A stretch of DNA of 64,000 nt from positions 2,880,001 through 2,944,000 of the forward strand of contig OZ241326.1 in the NCBI GenBank assembly GCA_965199855.1. Direction: 5' to 3'. Position 1 is the stretch's first letter. Each line of letters opens with the position of its first letter. The notes below the pieces were generated by a model. That model did no database searches and was not told the origin of the DNA. It worked only from the letters and a program-made list of their open reading frames with translations. The position numbers and the translations under genes are program-made. Shown piece by piece: positions 28,365 to 37,376 of this stretch. The stretch is from a bacterium (lineage in GTDB: Bacteria; UBA8248).

Positions 28365-30728
28365 ATGCCACGAATGAGGAAGTTCATCTACGCTTTCGCG
28401 CTCGCCGCCGTCCTGGCGTTGGGGGCGTGCTCCAGCGACAGAAGAACGAAATACATCGAAAGGCCGGCGGCGGCACCCGCGCAGACGGCCGCGCAGACCA
28501 GCCTGAACGAGGCGGAGGAGGCGCGCGCCGCCCTCGTCCGGGCCCAGGCCGCCCTGACCGCGGCGCAGGCGAGGCAGGCGGAAGCCGAAGCCGCCCTTCG
28601 GGACGCGCAGGCGGCGCTCAACGCGGCCAGCGCGCGGGTGACGGCGGCGGAGACCGCGCTGGCGGCGCAGACGCAGGGGACGCCCGAGTACGCGGCGGCG
28701 CAGACGGCGCTGACCGCGGCGCAGACGGCGCTGACCGCGGCGCGGACGGCGCGGACGCAAGCCGCGGCGAGCCTGACGACGGCGCGGGCGGCGTTCGTCT
28801 CGGCGCAGCGGCAGGAGGAGACGGCGCGGGCGGCGTTGACGGCGGCGGCGACCGCGGCGCGGCAGGCGGCGGGAACCGCCTCGGAGCGCGCGGCGGCGCA
28901 GGCGCAGGTGGACGCGGCGGCGGCGGGCGCGGCGCGGACGGCGCTCGAGACGGCGCGCGCGGAGACGGAGATCGCGCGCACGGCGCTGGCGCAGGCGGCG
29001 ACGGACGAGGCGAGGGCGACCGCCCGCGCGGCGCTGGCGGCCGCGCTCGTTGCGGAAAGGGCGGCCGTCGAGGCCCTCCTGACGGCGGCGCGGACGGCGC
29101 TGGCCTCGGCGGGCACGGCCGCGCAGAGGACGGCGGCGCAGACCCAGGTGGACGCGGCGCAGGCGGCCGACGCGGGGCTTCCCTGGGCGACGGAGGCGCC
29201 GCTCGCGCCCGCCGCCGCGCGGTTCGTGGCGAGGGGCGAGGCGCGAATCACCGGAACCCCGCGTACCGACACCGGCGAGGAGGGGTGGAAGAAGCTCGCC
29301 ATAGCGACGGAGGGCGTCCCTTGGGCGGAGGGCAGGAAGCTGCTGGACGAGAACGGCTTCGACGCGTCGGACGAGCTGCCCCTGCGGGCGATTACCCTGC
29401 GCGCGGCGGGAAGGCACCCCATCAAGATCCAGGGCGACGACGGCACGCCGACCTCGTATTCCAACACCGACGGCGTCCTGCTGAGCTCGATCCGGCTCAC
29501 GCGGGACGGCCTCGAGCTGAAGTTCGGCGGCGAAGGCGTTGTCTATTACGACATGCAGCGGCAGTTCAACTACTTCAAGGACATCAACACGCCCAACCAC
29601 GGCGACTGGTGGCGCTACGGCCCGGACGGGAAGCTGGGCGACGCGAGCGCGGCGGCGGGCCAGACCATCACCGCCTCCCACGCCAGAGACCTGGGGCTGG
29701 CGTCGGCGGGCGGGACGCTGACGGCGCAACAGGCGACCGCGCTCCAGGGCTACGCGACGGACAACGCCGGCGCCTGCTGGCGGGCCGCCCTCTCCGATTG
29801 CGGCGACTGGGCGCACGACGACATCACCATCGCCTTCGGCAGGCCGTCGCAGTCGCCCCAGGGCGAGGCGGCGCACCATTGGAAGGTTCAGGCGCCGTTC
29901 ACGCAGCTGCAGCGCGCCACGGGCCTCCCTGACAATATCGGGACCGACGGTCGGCCGCAGGAGATAGGCACCTACGAGCTGTGGCTGTCGAACTACGCCG
30001 GTCTGGATACGGGCGCGGACGCGGACGACGCGAGCGACGACTCGCACCGCTACCTCCGCTACGCGGCCTACGGCCTGTTCACGTTCTTCGACGCCGTCGT
30101 GCAAACGCCGAACTTCGTCCGCCCGCAGGCGTTCGCCGTCGGCTACGACGCCTTCAGGGACGCGAGCGGCATGAGGACGACGGACGTCTCGACCTCCATC
30201 GCCGCCACCTTCAGCGGCCACACCATGGCGCGGCATCTGGTCGGCGACGGCAGCGCGACTCACGTCGTAATTACCGGCATGACGCCGCTCAGGGGCGACA
30301 TCGCGCTCAACGCCTGCATCGGCGGAAGCGGATGCTCGGGCGCCGGAATCCCCACGACCGCCAACGCGATCAGCGGCTCGATCTCCAACCTCCAGCAGCT
30401 GCGGCACGACGGGGTGTGGGTACCCCTCCGCTACGGCACCATCCCGATGTTGGAGGGTACGATCGCCGCCGACGGCAGCTTCAAGGGCGCGCTCGACTAC
30501 CCGAGACAGTCTGACGGCACCATCAATTCCTGGCACTACAACAGCGGCGCGCCGGGGGAGGGCGGCACATCCCGGTACGGCGGCAACTTCTACGGCCCCA
30601 AAAACGCCCTGGAAGCCGCGGGCTGGTGGTACGTGCAACCCGACGACCGGTCGGATGCAAGAACGGCGGGGCGCAGCGCGATCATCGGCAGCTTCGGCGC
30701 CAAATGCGCGCGGGGCTGCTCGCCCTAG
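28365..30728 (+). CDS. Surface lipoprotein with Ala-rich coiled-coil stalk and C-terminal TbpB-like beta-barrel (probable Slam/T11SS cargo)
   Basis: GGGAGGAG SD; lipobox LGAC; about 250 aa Ala-rich helical region; C-terminus GGNFYGP..LEAAGWW...IIGSFGAK typical of the TbpB barrel; Slam gene directly downstream. Confidence 0.8.
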   Translation: MPRMRKFIYAFALAAVLALGACSSDRRTKYIERPAAAPAQTAAQTSLNEAEEARAALVRAQAALTAAQARQAEAEAALRDAQAALNAASARVTAAETALAAQTQGTPEYAAAQTALTAAQTALTAARTARTQAAASLTTARAAFVSAQRQEETARAALTAAATAARQAAGTASERAAAQAQVDAAAAGAARTALETARAETEIARTALAQAATDEARATARAALAAALVAERAAVEALLTAARTALASAGTAAQRTAAQTQVDAAQAADAGLPWATEAPLAPAAARFVARGEARITGTPRTDTGEEGWKKLAIATEGVPWAEGRKLLDENGFDASDELPLRAITLRAAGRHPIKIQGDDGTPTSYSNTDGVLLSSIRLTRDGLELKFGGEGVVYYDMQRQFNYFKDINTPNHGDWWRYGPDGKLGDASAAAGQTITASHARDLGLASAGGTLTAQQATALQGYATDNAGACWRAALSDCGDWAHDDITIAFGRPSQSPQGEAAHHWKVQAPFTQLQRATGLPDNIGTDGRPQEIGTYELWLSNYAGLDTGADADDASDDSHRYLRYAAYGLFTFFDAVVQTPNFVRPQAFAVGYDAFRDASGMRTTDVSTSIAATFSGHTMARHLVGDGSATHVVITGMTPLRGDIALNACIGGSGCSGAGIPTTANAISGSISNLQQLRHDGVWVPLRYGTIPMLEGTIAADGSFKGALDYPRQSDGTINSWHYNSGAPGEGGTSRYGGNFYGPKNALEAAGWWYVQPDDRSDARTAGRSAIIGSFGAKCARGCSP

Positions 30729-31008
30729 ACGGCGGAGAGCGCCTGACCGCCTCATCCGCGGAATCGGGAACTTTGGAAACGCCCGGCGGGGACGGGCACC
30801 GCGCCCGTCCCCGCGGATGAGGGGCGAAGGACGCCTGCGGCGGGCCCGGACGATTTCTCCGGGCGGCGGGGCGGCGTTCCGCAGGGGCGGACGGGAGCCG
30901 GGCCCGACCTCCTTTGAGCGGGTCGTATAAGAGCGGCCCGTTTCTGATCACTTCGGGCGCGGCTCTCTGAGGTCGCCTTCAGGAGGCCCCGATGGCGAGC
31001 GGAATTCC

Positions 31009-32478
31009 ATGAGGATTTCCGGGGCTTTTCGCGCGGCGGCCGCGACCCTCGCGCTCATGCTTTTTCCGCTCGCGCCCGCCTTCGCCGAGGAAGGGGCGGC
31101 GCTCGACCCGGCCGCCGTGGTGGCGCGCGCGAAGAAGATGATATTCGCGGGAAAGCCGCTGGACGCCCTTGACCTCCTGCGGCCCCTGGCGGAGCTCGAG
31201 CCGGACAACACGGACGCCCATTTCTTCCGGGGCATGGCGGCGCTCGCCGCGGCCCGCCTGCCGAAGGGCGCCCCCGACGCGCCGGCCGGCGAGAAGGCCC
31301 GCCGGAAGCTGCGCGACGAGGCGGTGGAGAGCTACCGCCGCATTCTCCGGCGCAGGCCCGGCCTGGCCGGCGGGCGTCTGCGGCTCGCCCAGTCGCTCTT
31401 CGAGCGGGGGCGCTGTCTGAGGGAGCCCGAAGACCTCCTCGAGCATCTGTTCGGCGACGACTGCGACGCGGCGGCGCACCACTTCCGCCGCGCCCTGGCG
31501 GGCCGCCTGCCCGACAAGGTCGCGGACGCGGTCGCCCGCTACCTCGCCGTCGTCCAGGCGCGCAAGCGGGTTTCGGGGCATTTCAGCATGGCGTTCGCCC
31601 CCGACAGCAACGTCAACGCCGGAACCGACGCCAAAACTTTCCGCCTGCGCTGGCTGCCGCTCGAGTTCAAGATCAACGAGGACGCGCGCAAGACCTCGGG
31701 CGCAGGGGTCGTCGTCTCCGCGTCGGGGGACTACCGCCATCCCCTGAAGCTCGAACCCCTCCCCCGCATGATGACCCGGCTTCGGGTGGGCGGCGGCTTT
31801 CACCGGCGCGAATACGACCACAGCGCCTTCGACGACATGACGGCCTTCCTCCACGCGGGGCCGGAGGCGCTCTTTCCGCGCGGGCGCGTGAGCCTGCTGG
31901 GCCGCGCCGAGCGCCGCTGGTACGCCGGGGAGCCGATATCCTACGGCCTCGGGGCGCGGCTCGAAGGCGTCCTGCGCGTCGGCCGCCGCCTGTGGCTCGG
32001 CGGGGCGGTCGAGCGGATGGAGCGGCGGCACCGGGGCGCCCGCGCCAACGACGGCCCCCGCCTCGACGTCGACTTGAACGCGGCCTTTCAGGCGACGCCG
32101 GCCGTCACCCTCGGCGGACGCGGCGGCTGGAACAGGACGCTGGCGAAGAGTCCCAGCCTCCGGGCGCGAACCCGCAAGATGGGCGGCTTCGCCAGCTTCA
32201 GGCTGCCGCCGGTGCTGGGCGTGGCGGGCTTCGGCCTCGCCCTCTCCCACGACGTTCTGCTTACCGCCTACGACGATCCGGGCTATTTTCTGATAAGCCC
32301 GAACGCGCGCCGCGACAGGCTCTCGCTCTCCCGGGTGACGATCTTCAACGAGACGCTGGAGATGTTCGGCTTCACGCCCGCCCTCTCCCTGGCGCGCGAG
32401 CGGCGCGACACGAACATTCTCGACATATTCGACTACAGCCGCCATCAGGCGGAAATCTCCCTGCGCCGGGTGTTCTGA
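31009..32478 (+). CDS. Surface lipoprotein assembly modulator Slam (TPR + DUF560 barrel; type XI secretion)
   Basis: Signal peptide, TPR region (YRRIL...RLRLAQSLF), APDSNVNAG barrel start, TPALS...RDTNI..FDYSR...terminal Phe. Confidence 0.85.
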   Translation: MRISGAFRAAAATLALMLFPLAPAFAEEGAALDPAAVVARAKKMIFAGKPLDALDLLRPLAELEPDNTDAHFFRGMAALAAARLPKGAPDAPAGEKARRKLRDEAVESYRRILRRRPGLAGGRLRLAQSLFERGRCLREPEDLLEHLFGDDCDAAAHHFRRALAGRLPDKVADAVARYLAVVQARKRVSGHFSMAFAPDSNVNAGTDAKTFRLRWLPLEFKINEDARKTSGAGVVVSASGDYRHPLKLEPLPRMMTRLRVGGGFHRREYDHSAFDDMTAFLHAGPEALFPRGRVSLLGRAERRWYAGEPISYGLGARLEGVLRVGRRLWLGGAVERMERRHRGARANDGPRLDVDLNAAFQATPAVTLGGRGGWNRTLAKSPSLRARTRKMGGFASFRLPPVLGVAGFGLALSHDVLLTAYDDPGYFLISPNARRDRLSLSRVTIFNETLEMFGFTPALSLARERRDTNILDIFDYSRHQAEISLRRVF

Positions 32479-32670
32479 GCCGCCGGCCGGGAGCGGGAAC
32501 GCGGCCGCGCCCCGTCCGAAGACGCCGGGAATACAGGCAGGGGCGGAAGGATTTTGATTTCGCGGGGGCGGTTCGGGAACCCGGCGGGGACAGCCGCGGC
32601 GGGCTGTCCCTGTGGCCGCGGGGCGCGCGCGTCATCGGCCACCCGCAACGCGGCGCGAATTCGCTGTCCC

Positions 32671-35013
32671 CTACGCGCCCGGCGCTTCCTTCCGCGCCTT
32701 CGGCCGCATCAGGAACGCGCCCAGGGCGGGCAGGAGGGCGACGGCGCCGATCATGTTGACGAGGAACATGAAGGAGAGCACCGTCCCCATGTCCGCCTGG
32801 AGCTTGAGCGGAGCGAAAATCCACGTCGCCACCCCCGCCGCCAGCGTCAGGCCGGTGAGCGCGACGCCCGCCCCCGCGGTGGAGAGCGTCCGCTCGTAGG
32901 CCGCCGCGAAGTCGAGCCCCTCCTCGAGGTGCGCGAGAAGGCGCCCGCAGATGTAGATTCCGTAGTCCACCCCGACGCCCACCCCCAGCGCCACCACCGG
33001 CAGGGTGGAGACCTTGAGCCCGATTTCGAGCGCCGCCATGAGCGCGTAGGCGAGCAGCGAGACCAGGGCGAGGGGGAGGACGATGCAGAGCGTAGCCATC
33101 GCCGAGCGGAACGAGAGCAGGCACAGCAGGACGACGGCGGCATAGACGTAGCCCAGAATCGGGAACTGCGCGGCTTCTATCTCCTCGTTCGTCGCCGCCA
33201 TCACCCCGAGGTTGCCGGCGGCGAGGCGGAAGGCGACCGGCGCGCCGCGCCTCTCCTCCTGAAACGCCTTCACGGCCGCGACGACGCGGCGGATGGTCTC
33301 CGCCCTGCGGTCGGCGGCGTAGATCATGACCGGCATGGCGGAGCAGTCCGCGTTCAGCAGGCCGCTGCTCGTCGGCACGAGGGCGACGGACTGCGCGAGC
33401 GCCCGTCCGTCGCGCGGCAGGACGCGCCACTTGAGGCTGCCCTCGTTCCAGCCGGCGTTGAGATTGCGGACGACGCCGGCGAGCCCGGACACCGAGCGGA
33501 CGCCCGCCACGCCGCGCATCCGCCACTCGAAGTCGCCCAGGACGCGCATCACCTCGTGCTCGACGCAGCCCTGCGGCCTCGTCTCGGCGATCACCGTCAG
33601 CACGTTCACGCCGATGTCGAAGCGCTCGGCGATCACCGCGCTGTCCACGTTGTAAGCGGCGCTCGCGCGCAGCTCCGGCACGCCGGGGCGCTGATCGCCC
33701 ACCCGGACCCGGGGCGCGTAGAGCGCGCCCAGCGCAAGAAGCGCGGCGGCCGCGGCCAATGCCACCGCCGCCGGCCCCCGCCGGGCGAGACGCGCGGCGA
33801 GCCGCCACGGCGCCGCCGGGTGCCGCGCCGGGGCGGGGCTTCGGGCTTCCTCCCCTTCGATGAAGAAGAGCGCGACCGGCAGCAGGCCCAGGTTCGTGAG
33901 GATGATGGCGGCCACGCCGAGGCTCGCGGCCGCGGCGATCTCCTGGATGACGCGCACCTCGATGAGGGCGATGGCCACAAACCCGACGGCGTCGGAGGCG
34001 AGCGCGGCCGTCCCCGGCAGCAGCAGGCGGCGGAAGCTCCTCCGCGCGGCGTCCAGCCCTCCGCCCTCGATCCGGACCGCGCCCACCATCTGCACCCCGT
34101 GGCTCACCCCGATGGCGAACACCAGAAACGGCACGAGGATGGACATGGGATCGACCCCGAAGCCCAGCCCCGCGAGCGCGCCCAGCTGCCAGACCACCGC
34201 GACCAGCGAGCAGCCCAGCAGGAGCGCCGTCAGGCGCAGCGAGCGCGCCCAGACCCAGACGAAGAGGGCGGTGACAGCGACGGCGGCGGCGAAGAACATG
34301 AGCACCCGCGAGGCGCCCGCCGCGATCTCCCCCACCGCCTTGGCGAACCCGATGACGTGCGCCTCCGCCGCCCCGCCCGCCCGAATGTCGCGGCGAATCT
34401 CCTCGAGCACCCGCGCGACGCGCAGATAGTCGAGCCGCTCGCCGGTGCCGGGGTGAAATTCCTGAAGCCTCGCGCTCACGAGCGCGCCCGTGAAGTCGTT
34501 CGCCACCAGACGGCCGACCACGCCCGCCTTAATGACGTTCTCGCGCACCCGGGCGAGGCCGGCCTTCGTCGGCCGAAAGTCCGCCGGCAGCACGTTGCCG
34601 CCGACGATGCCGTCCTCCACCACCTCGGTGAAGCGCACGTTCGGCGTGAGAATCGAATAGACCTGGGCGCGATCCACCCCCGGCAGGAAGAACACCGCGT
34701 CCGTCGCCTTCCGAAGGGCGGCGAAGAACCCGGGCGTGAAGATGTCGCCCTCGCGCGCCACGAGCGCCACCGCCACGCGATCCGCCCCGCCGAACTCGGC
34801 GCGGTGCTCGAGGAAGGCGCGCATGTATTCGTGCTTGAGCGGGACGAGCTTGGAGAAGCCGGCGTCCACCCGCAGCCCCGAGGCCAGCCAGCCCATCGCC
34901 AGCGTGATGAGCGCGAAGGCCGCGAGCGCGGCGCGGCGGCGCGAGAAAAGCGCCCGTTCGAGCCGGAAGGCGACGGAGGACGGCGCGGGGGAGGCGGGAG
35001 AAGCTTCCGGCAT
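32671..35013 (-). CDS. MMPL/RND superfamily transporter
   Basis: Two repeats with FAIGVSHGVQ and LGVGVGVDYGIY; about 12 TM segments; DUF1302/DUF1329/YCF48 context. Confidence 0.9.
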   Translation of the reverse strand: MPEASPASPAPSSVAFRLERALFSRRRAALAAFALITLAMGWLASGLRVDAGFSKLVPLKHEYMRAFLEHRAEFGGADRVAVALVAREGDIFTPGFFAALRKATDAVFFLPGVDRAQVYSILTPNVRFTEVVEDGIVGGNVLPADFRPTKAGLARVRENVIKAGVVGRLVANDFTGALVSARLQEFHPGTGERLDYLRVARVLEEIRRDIRAGGAAEAHVIGFAKAVGEIAAGASRVLMFFAAAVAVTALFVWVWARSLRLTALLLGCSLVAVVWQLGALAGLGFGVDPMSILVPFLVFAIGVSHGVQMVGAVRIEGGGLDAARRSFRRLLLPGTAALASDAVGFVAIALIEVRVIQEIAAAASLGVAAIILTNLGLLPVALFFIEGEEARSPAPARHPAAPWRLAARLARRGPAAVALAAAAALLALGALYAPRVRVGDQRPGVPELRASAAYNVDSAVIAERFDIGVNVLTVIAETRPQGCVEHEVMRVLGDFEWRMRGVAGVRSVSGLAGVVRNLNAGWNEGSLKWRVLPRDGRALAQSVALVPTSSGLLNADCSAMPVMIYAADRRAETIRRVVAAVKAFQEERRGAPVAFRLAAGNLGVMAATNEEIEAAQFPILGYVYAAVVLLCLLSFRSAMATLCIVLPLALVSLLAYALMAALEIGLKVSTLPVVALGVGVGVDYGIYICGRLLAHLEEGLDFAAAYERTLSTAGAGVALTGLTLAAGVATWIFAPLKLQADMGTVLSFMFLVNMIGAVALLPALGAFLMRPKARKEAPGA

Positions 35014-35022
35014 GGGGAGAGG

Positions 35023-35997
35023 CTACCCCGCCCCCGGCAGGCGCCTGACGCCGAACTCTCCCAGCAGGAGCGCGCCGCCGCCCGGAAGCGGGAGCGCCGT
35101 CGAGACGCCCTGGCGCGAGGCCAGCGGCGGAAACGCGGCGTCGATGGACGCGCTGCGCCCGCCGTCCCGGCTGACGAGCAGGACGCCCTCCAGACCGGTG
35201 ATGAGCAGAAGCCCCGGCCGCATCCGAACGATGGAGGTGAGCGCCGCCTTCGTCCCGATGGGCGTCCGCGTCCAGGTCTCGCCCCCGTCCTCGGAGCGGA
35301 ACAGACGGCCCCGCAGCCCCGCCAGCAACACCCGGTTCTCATCCAGGGCGAGGGCGGCGAACCACGAGCCGGCGTAGGGCGAGGGCATTTTGCGCCAGGT
35401 CTCGCCGCCGTCGTCGCTGCGATAGAGCGCGCCCGCCTCGCCTGCGACGAACAGGCGGCGCGGCCCCGCCGGGGCCAGGGCGTTCAGATGGACGTCCTCG
35501 TCCGCGATCGTTCGCGGCGTCCAGGTGCGGCCGCCGTCCGCGGTGGCGAGAAAATAGCCGTAGGCGCCCACGGCGAAGCCCGCGCGCGCGTCGCGGAACC
35601 ACACGTCGAGCAGGGGGCGATCCTCCCCGGGCGCGTGGTGCGCCGCGCGCCAGCTGGCTCCTCCGTCCTCCGTGCGGAGGATGACCGCCTCGTGGCCGAC
35701 CGCCCAGCCCGCGCGCGCATCGATCATGCGCACCGCCGTCAGAAGGACGCGGACGGGAACGCGGGCGCGCTTCCAGGACGCGCCGCCGTCTGTCGAGAAA
35801 AGCGCGTGGCCGCGCGCGCCGACCGCCACGAGGTGGGAGCCGACCGCCGCGCCGTCCAGCAGCAGGGACTTCGCGGCGAGCCGCGCGCCGCGCGCCTCCC
35901 CGGCCGCCGAGAGGGGCGGCGGGCAGGCCGCCAGAGCGAACAGGAAAAGCAGGAGTCGGGAGCGTCGGGCCGCGGCGCGGGAGGCCGCGCGGATCAT
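35023..35997 (-). CDS. YCF48-like BNR/Asp-box beta-propeller protein
   Basis: Repeated S/TxDGGxxW boxes, AVGxxG motifs, signal peptide. Confidence 0.9.
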   Translation of the reverse strand: MIRAASRAAARRSRLLLFLFALAACPPPLSAAGEARGARLAAKSLLLDGAAVGSHLVAVGARGHALFSTDGGASWKRARVPVRVLLTAVRMIDARAGWAVGHEAVILRTEDGGASWRAAHHAPGEDRPLLDVWFRDARAGFAVGAYGYFLATADGGRTWTPRTIADEDVHLNALAPAGPRRLFVAGEAGALYRSDDGGETWRKMPSPYAGSWFAALALDENRVLLAGLRGRLFRSEDGGETWTRTPIGTKAALTSIVRMRPGLLLITGLEGVLLVSRDGGRSASIDAAFPPLASRQGVSTALPLPGGGALLLGEFGVRRLPGAG

Positions 35998-37355
35998 CGC
36001 CTTCCCTGGCGGCGCAGCGCCGCCGGCGTGAAGTCCCGCGGCGTGAGGCCGGGGCTGAAGTCGATCATGGGAAACTCGTTCTTGAGGCCCAGGGCGAGGT
36101 AGCGCCCCGCCTGGACGTCGATGTGCGCCTCGACGGTCGGCGTCGTTATGGACTTCTCGTAATAGTTGATGAGGTGGCCTTCCGAGACGCGCCAGAGCTG
36201 ATCCCGGTTGTCGTAGATGTCCGCGAGCAGAATGTTCCAGGAATCCTCATCCACGTAGAAGCGCCGCCGCTTGTAGATGTGGCGCGCGCCCTCCTTGAGC
36301 GCCGCCTCGACCACCCAGACCCGGTGCAGCTCGTAGCGCAGATGCTTCGGGTTGAGGTGGAGCGGGGTGAGGACGTCGGCGAAGGTGATTTTGTCGCTGT
36401 GCAGCCTGTAGCTGTTGTAGGGAACATACATCTTTCGCTTGCCGAGGAGCCGCCAGTCGTAGCGGTCGAGCGCGCCGTTGAACATGTCGAACTGATCGCT
36501 CGTCCGCAACCCGTCCGAGGCGGTGCCCGGGTTGTCATAGGCGACGTTCGGGGCGCGCCGCACCCGGCGCTGGCCGGGGTTGTAGACCCAGGCGTGGCGT
36601 GGCTCGGCGACCTGGTTCATCGTCTCGTAGGCAAGCAGGATGCTGCCCGCCAGCCGCGCCGGGGCCGTCACGCGCTGGCGGAAGAGAATCATCCGGTTGT
36701 CGAGCTTCTCCTCCGTCATGTCCGGCAGCGAGTAGCGCGCGATGTAGGCGTCCCTGAGCTTGACGAGCGTGTAGTCCCCGCCGCGGGTCACGGCGGCCTG
36801 GCCGATGACGCGCAGGGCGGCCTCGCCCCGGTAGCGCAGCAGGTGGTTCCAGATGACCTCCGCGCCGCTTTTGGGAATCGGGAAGGGAATCCCGATCACG
36901 GCGCCCGTTACGCCGTTTCCCCCGGCGGCGAGCTTCGCGGTGACGGCGACGCGCCGGGTGGCGTCGTAGATGCGCTTCGGGGCGGATGCGCTCCGGCGGG
37001 TCGGATAGATCGGCATCCGGAACGTCGGGTAGAGCTCCAGCATCCTGCGGTGCCCGGCCGACACCCTGTCCTTGTATTTTTCGAGATTGGCGTCGGTGAT
37101 GACGAAGAGCGGCTTGTCCTTCGCGTAGGGATCGGGGTGATGATCGCCCGGCTCGTAGCCCGGCGGCGGCGCGAGAATGCCGCCCTCCCAGGACGGAATG
37201 GCGCCGTCGGCGCTACCCGCGCGCTCCCCTCCCAAGGGGGTCAGGTCGCGCCCGAGGCGGGCGGCCTCCTCGGCGGAAATCGCGGCGGCGGCGCTGGCGA
37301 CGGCGAACGCCCAGGCGAGGACGGCGGCGGCGAGTCTCAGGATGGTGGTTTTCAT
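35994..37355 (-). CDS. DUF1329 domain-containing periplasmic protein
   Basis: LTPLGGERAG...IPSW, IPFPIPKSGAEVIWNH, WVYNPGQRRVRRAP, RYELHRVWVVEA, YVDEDSW. Confidence 0.92.
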   Translation of the reverse strand: MKTTILRLAAAVLAWAFAVASAAAAISAEEAARLGRDLTPLGGERAGSADGAIPSWEGGILAPPPGYEPGDHHPDPYAKDKPLFVITDANLEKYKDRVSAGHRRMLELYPTFRMPIYPTRRSASAPKRIYDATRRVAVTAKLAAGGNGVTGAVIGIPFPIPKSGAEVIWNHLLRYRGEAALRVIGQAAVTRGGDYTLVKLRDAYIARYSLPDMTEEKLDNRMILFRQRVTAPARLAGSILLAYETMNQVAEPRHAWVYNPGQRRVRRAPNVAYDNPGTASDGLRTSDQFDMFNGALDRYDWRLLGKRKMYVPYNSYRLHSDKITFADVLTPLHLNPKHLRYELHRVWVVEAALKEGARHIYKRRRFYVDEDSWNILLADIYDNRDQLWRVSEGHLINYYEKSITTPTVEAHIDVQAGRYLALGLKNEFPMIDFSPGLTPRDFTPAALRRQGRR

Positions 37356-37376
37356 GGCTGGTCCGCTCTCATGCTG

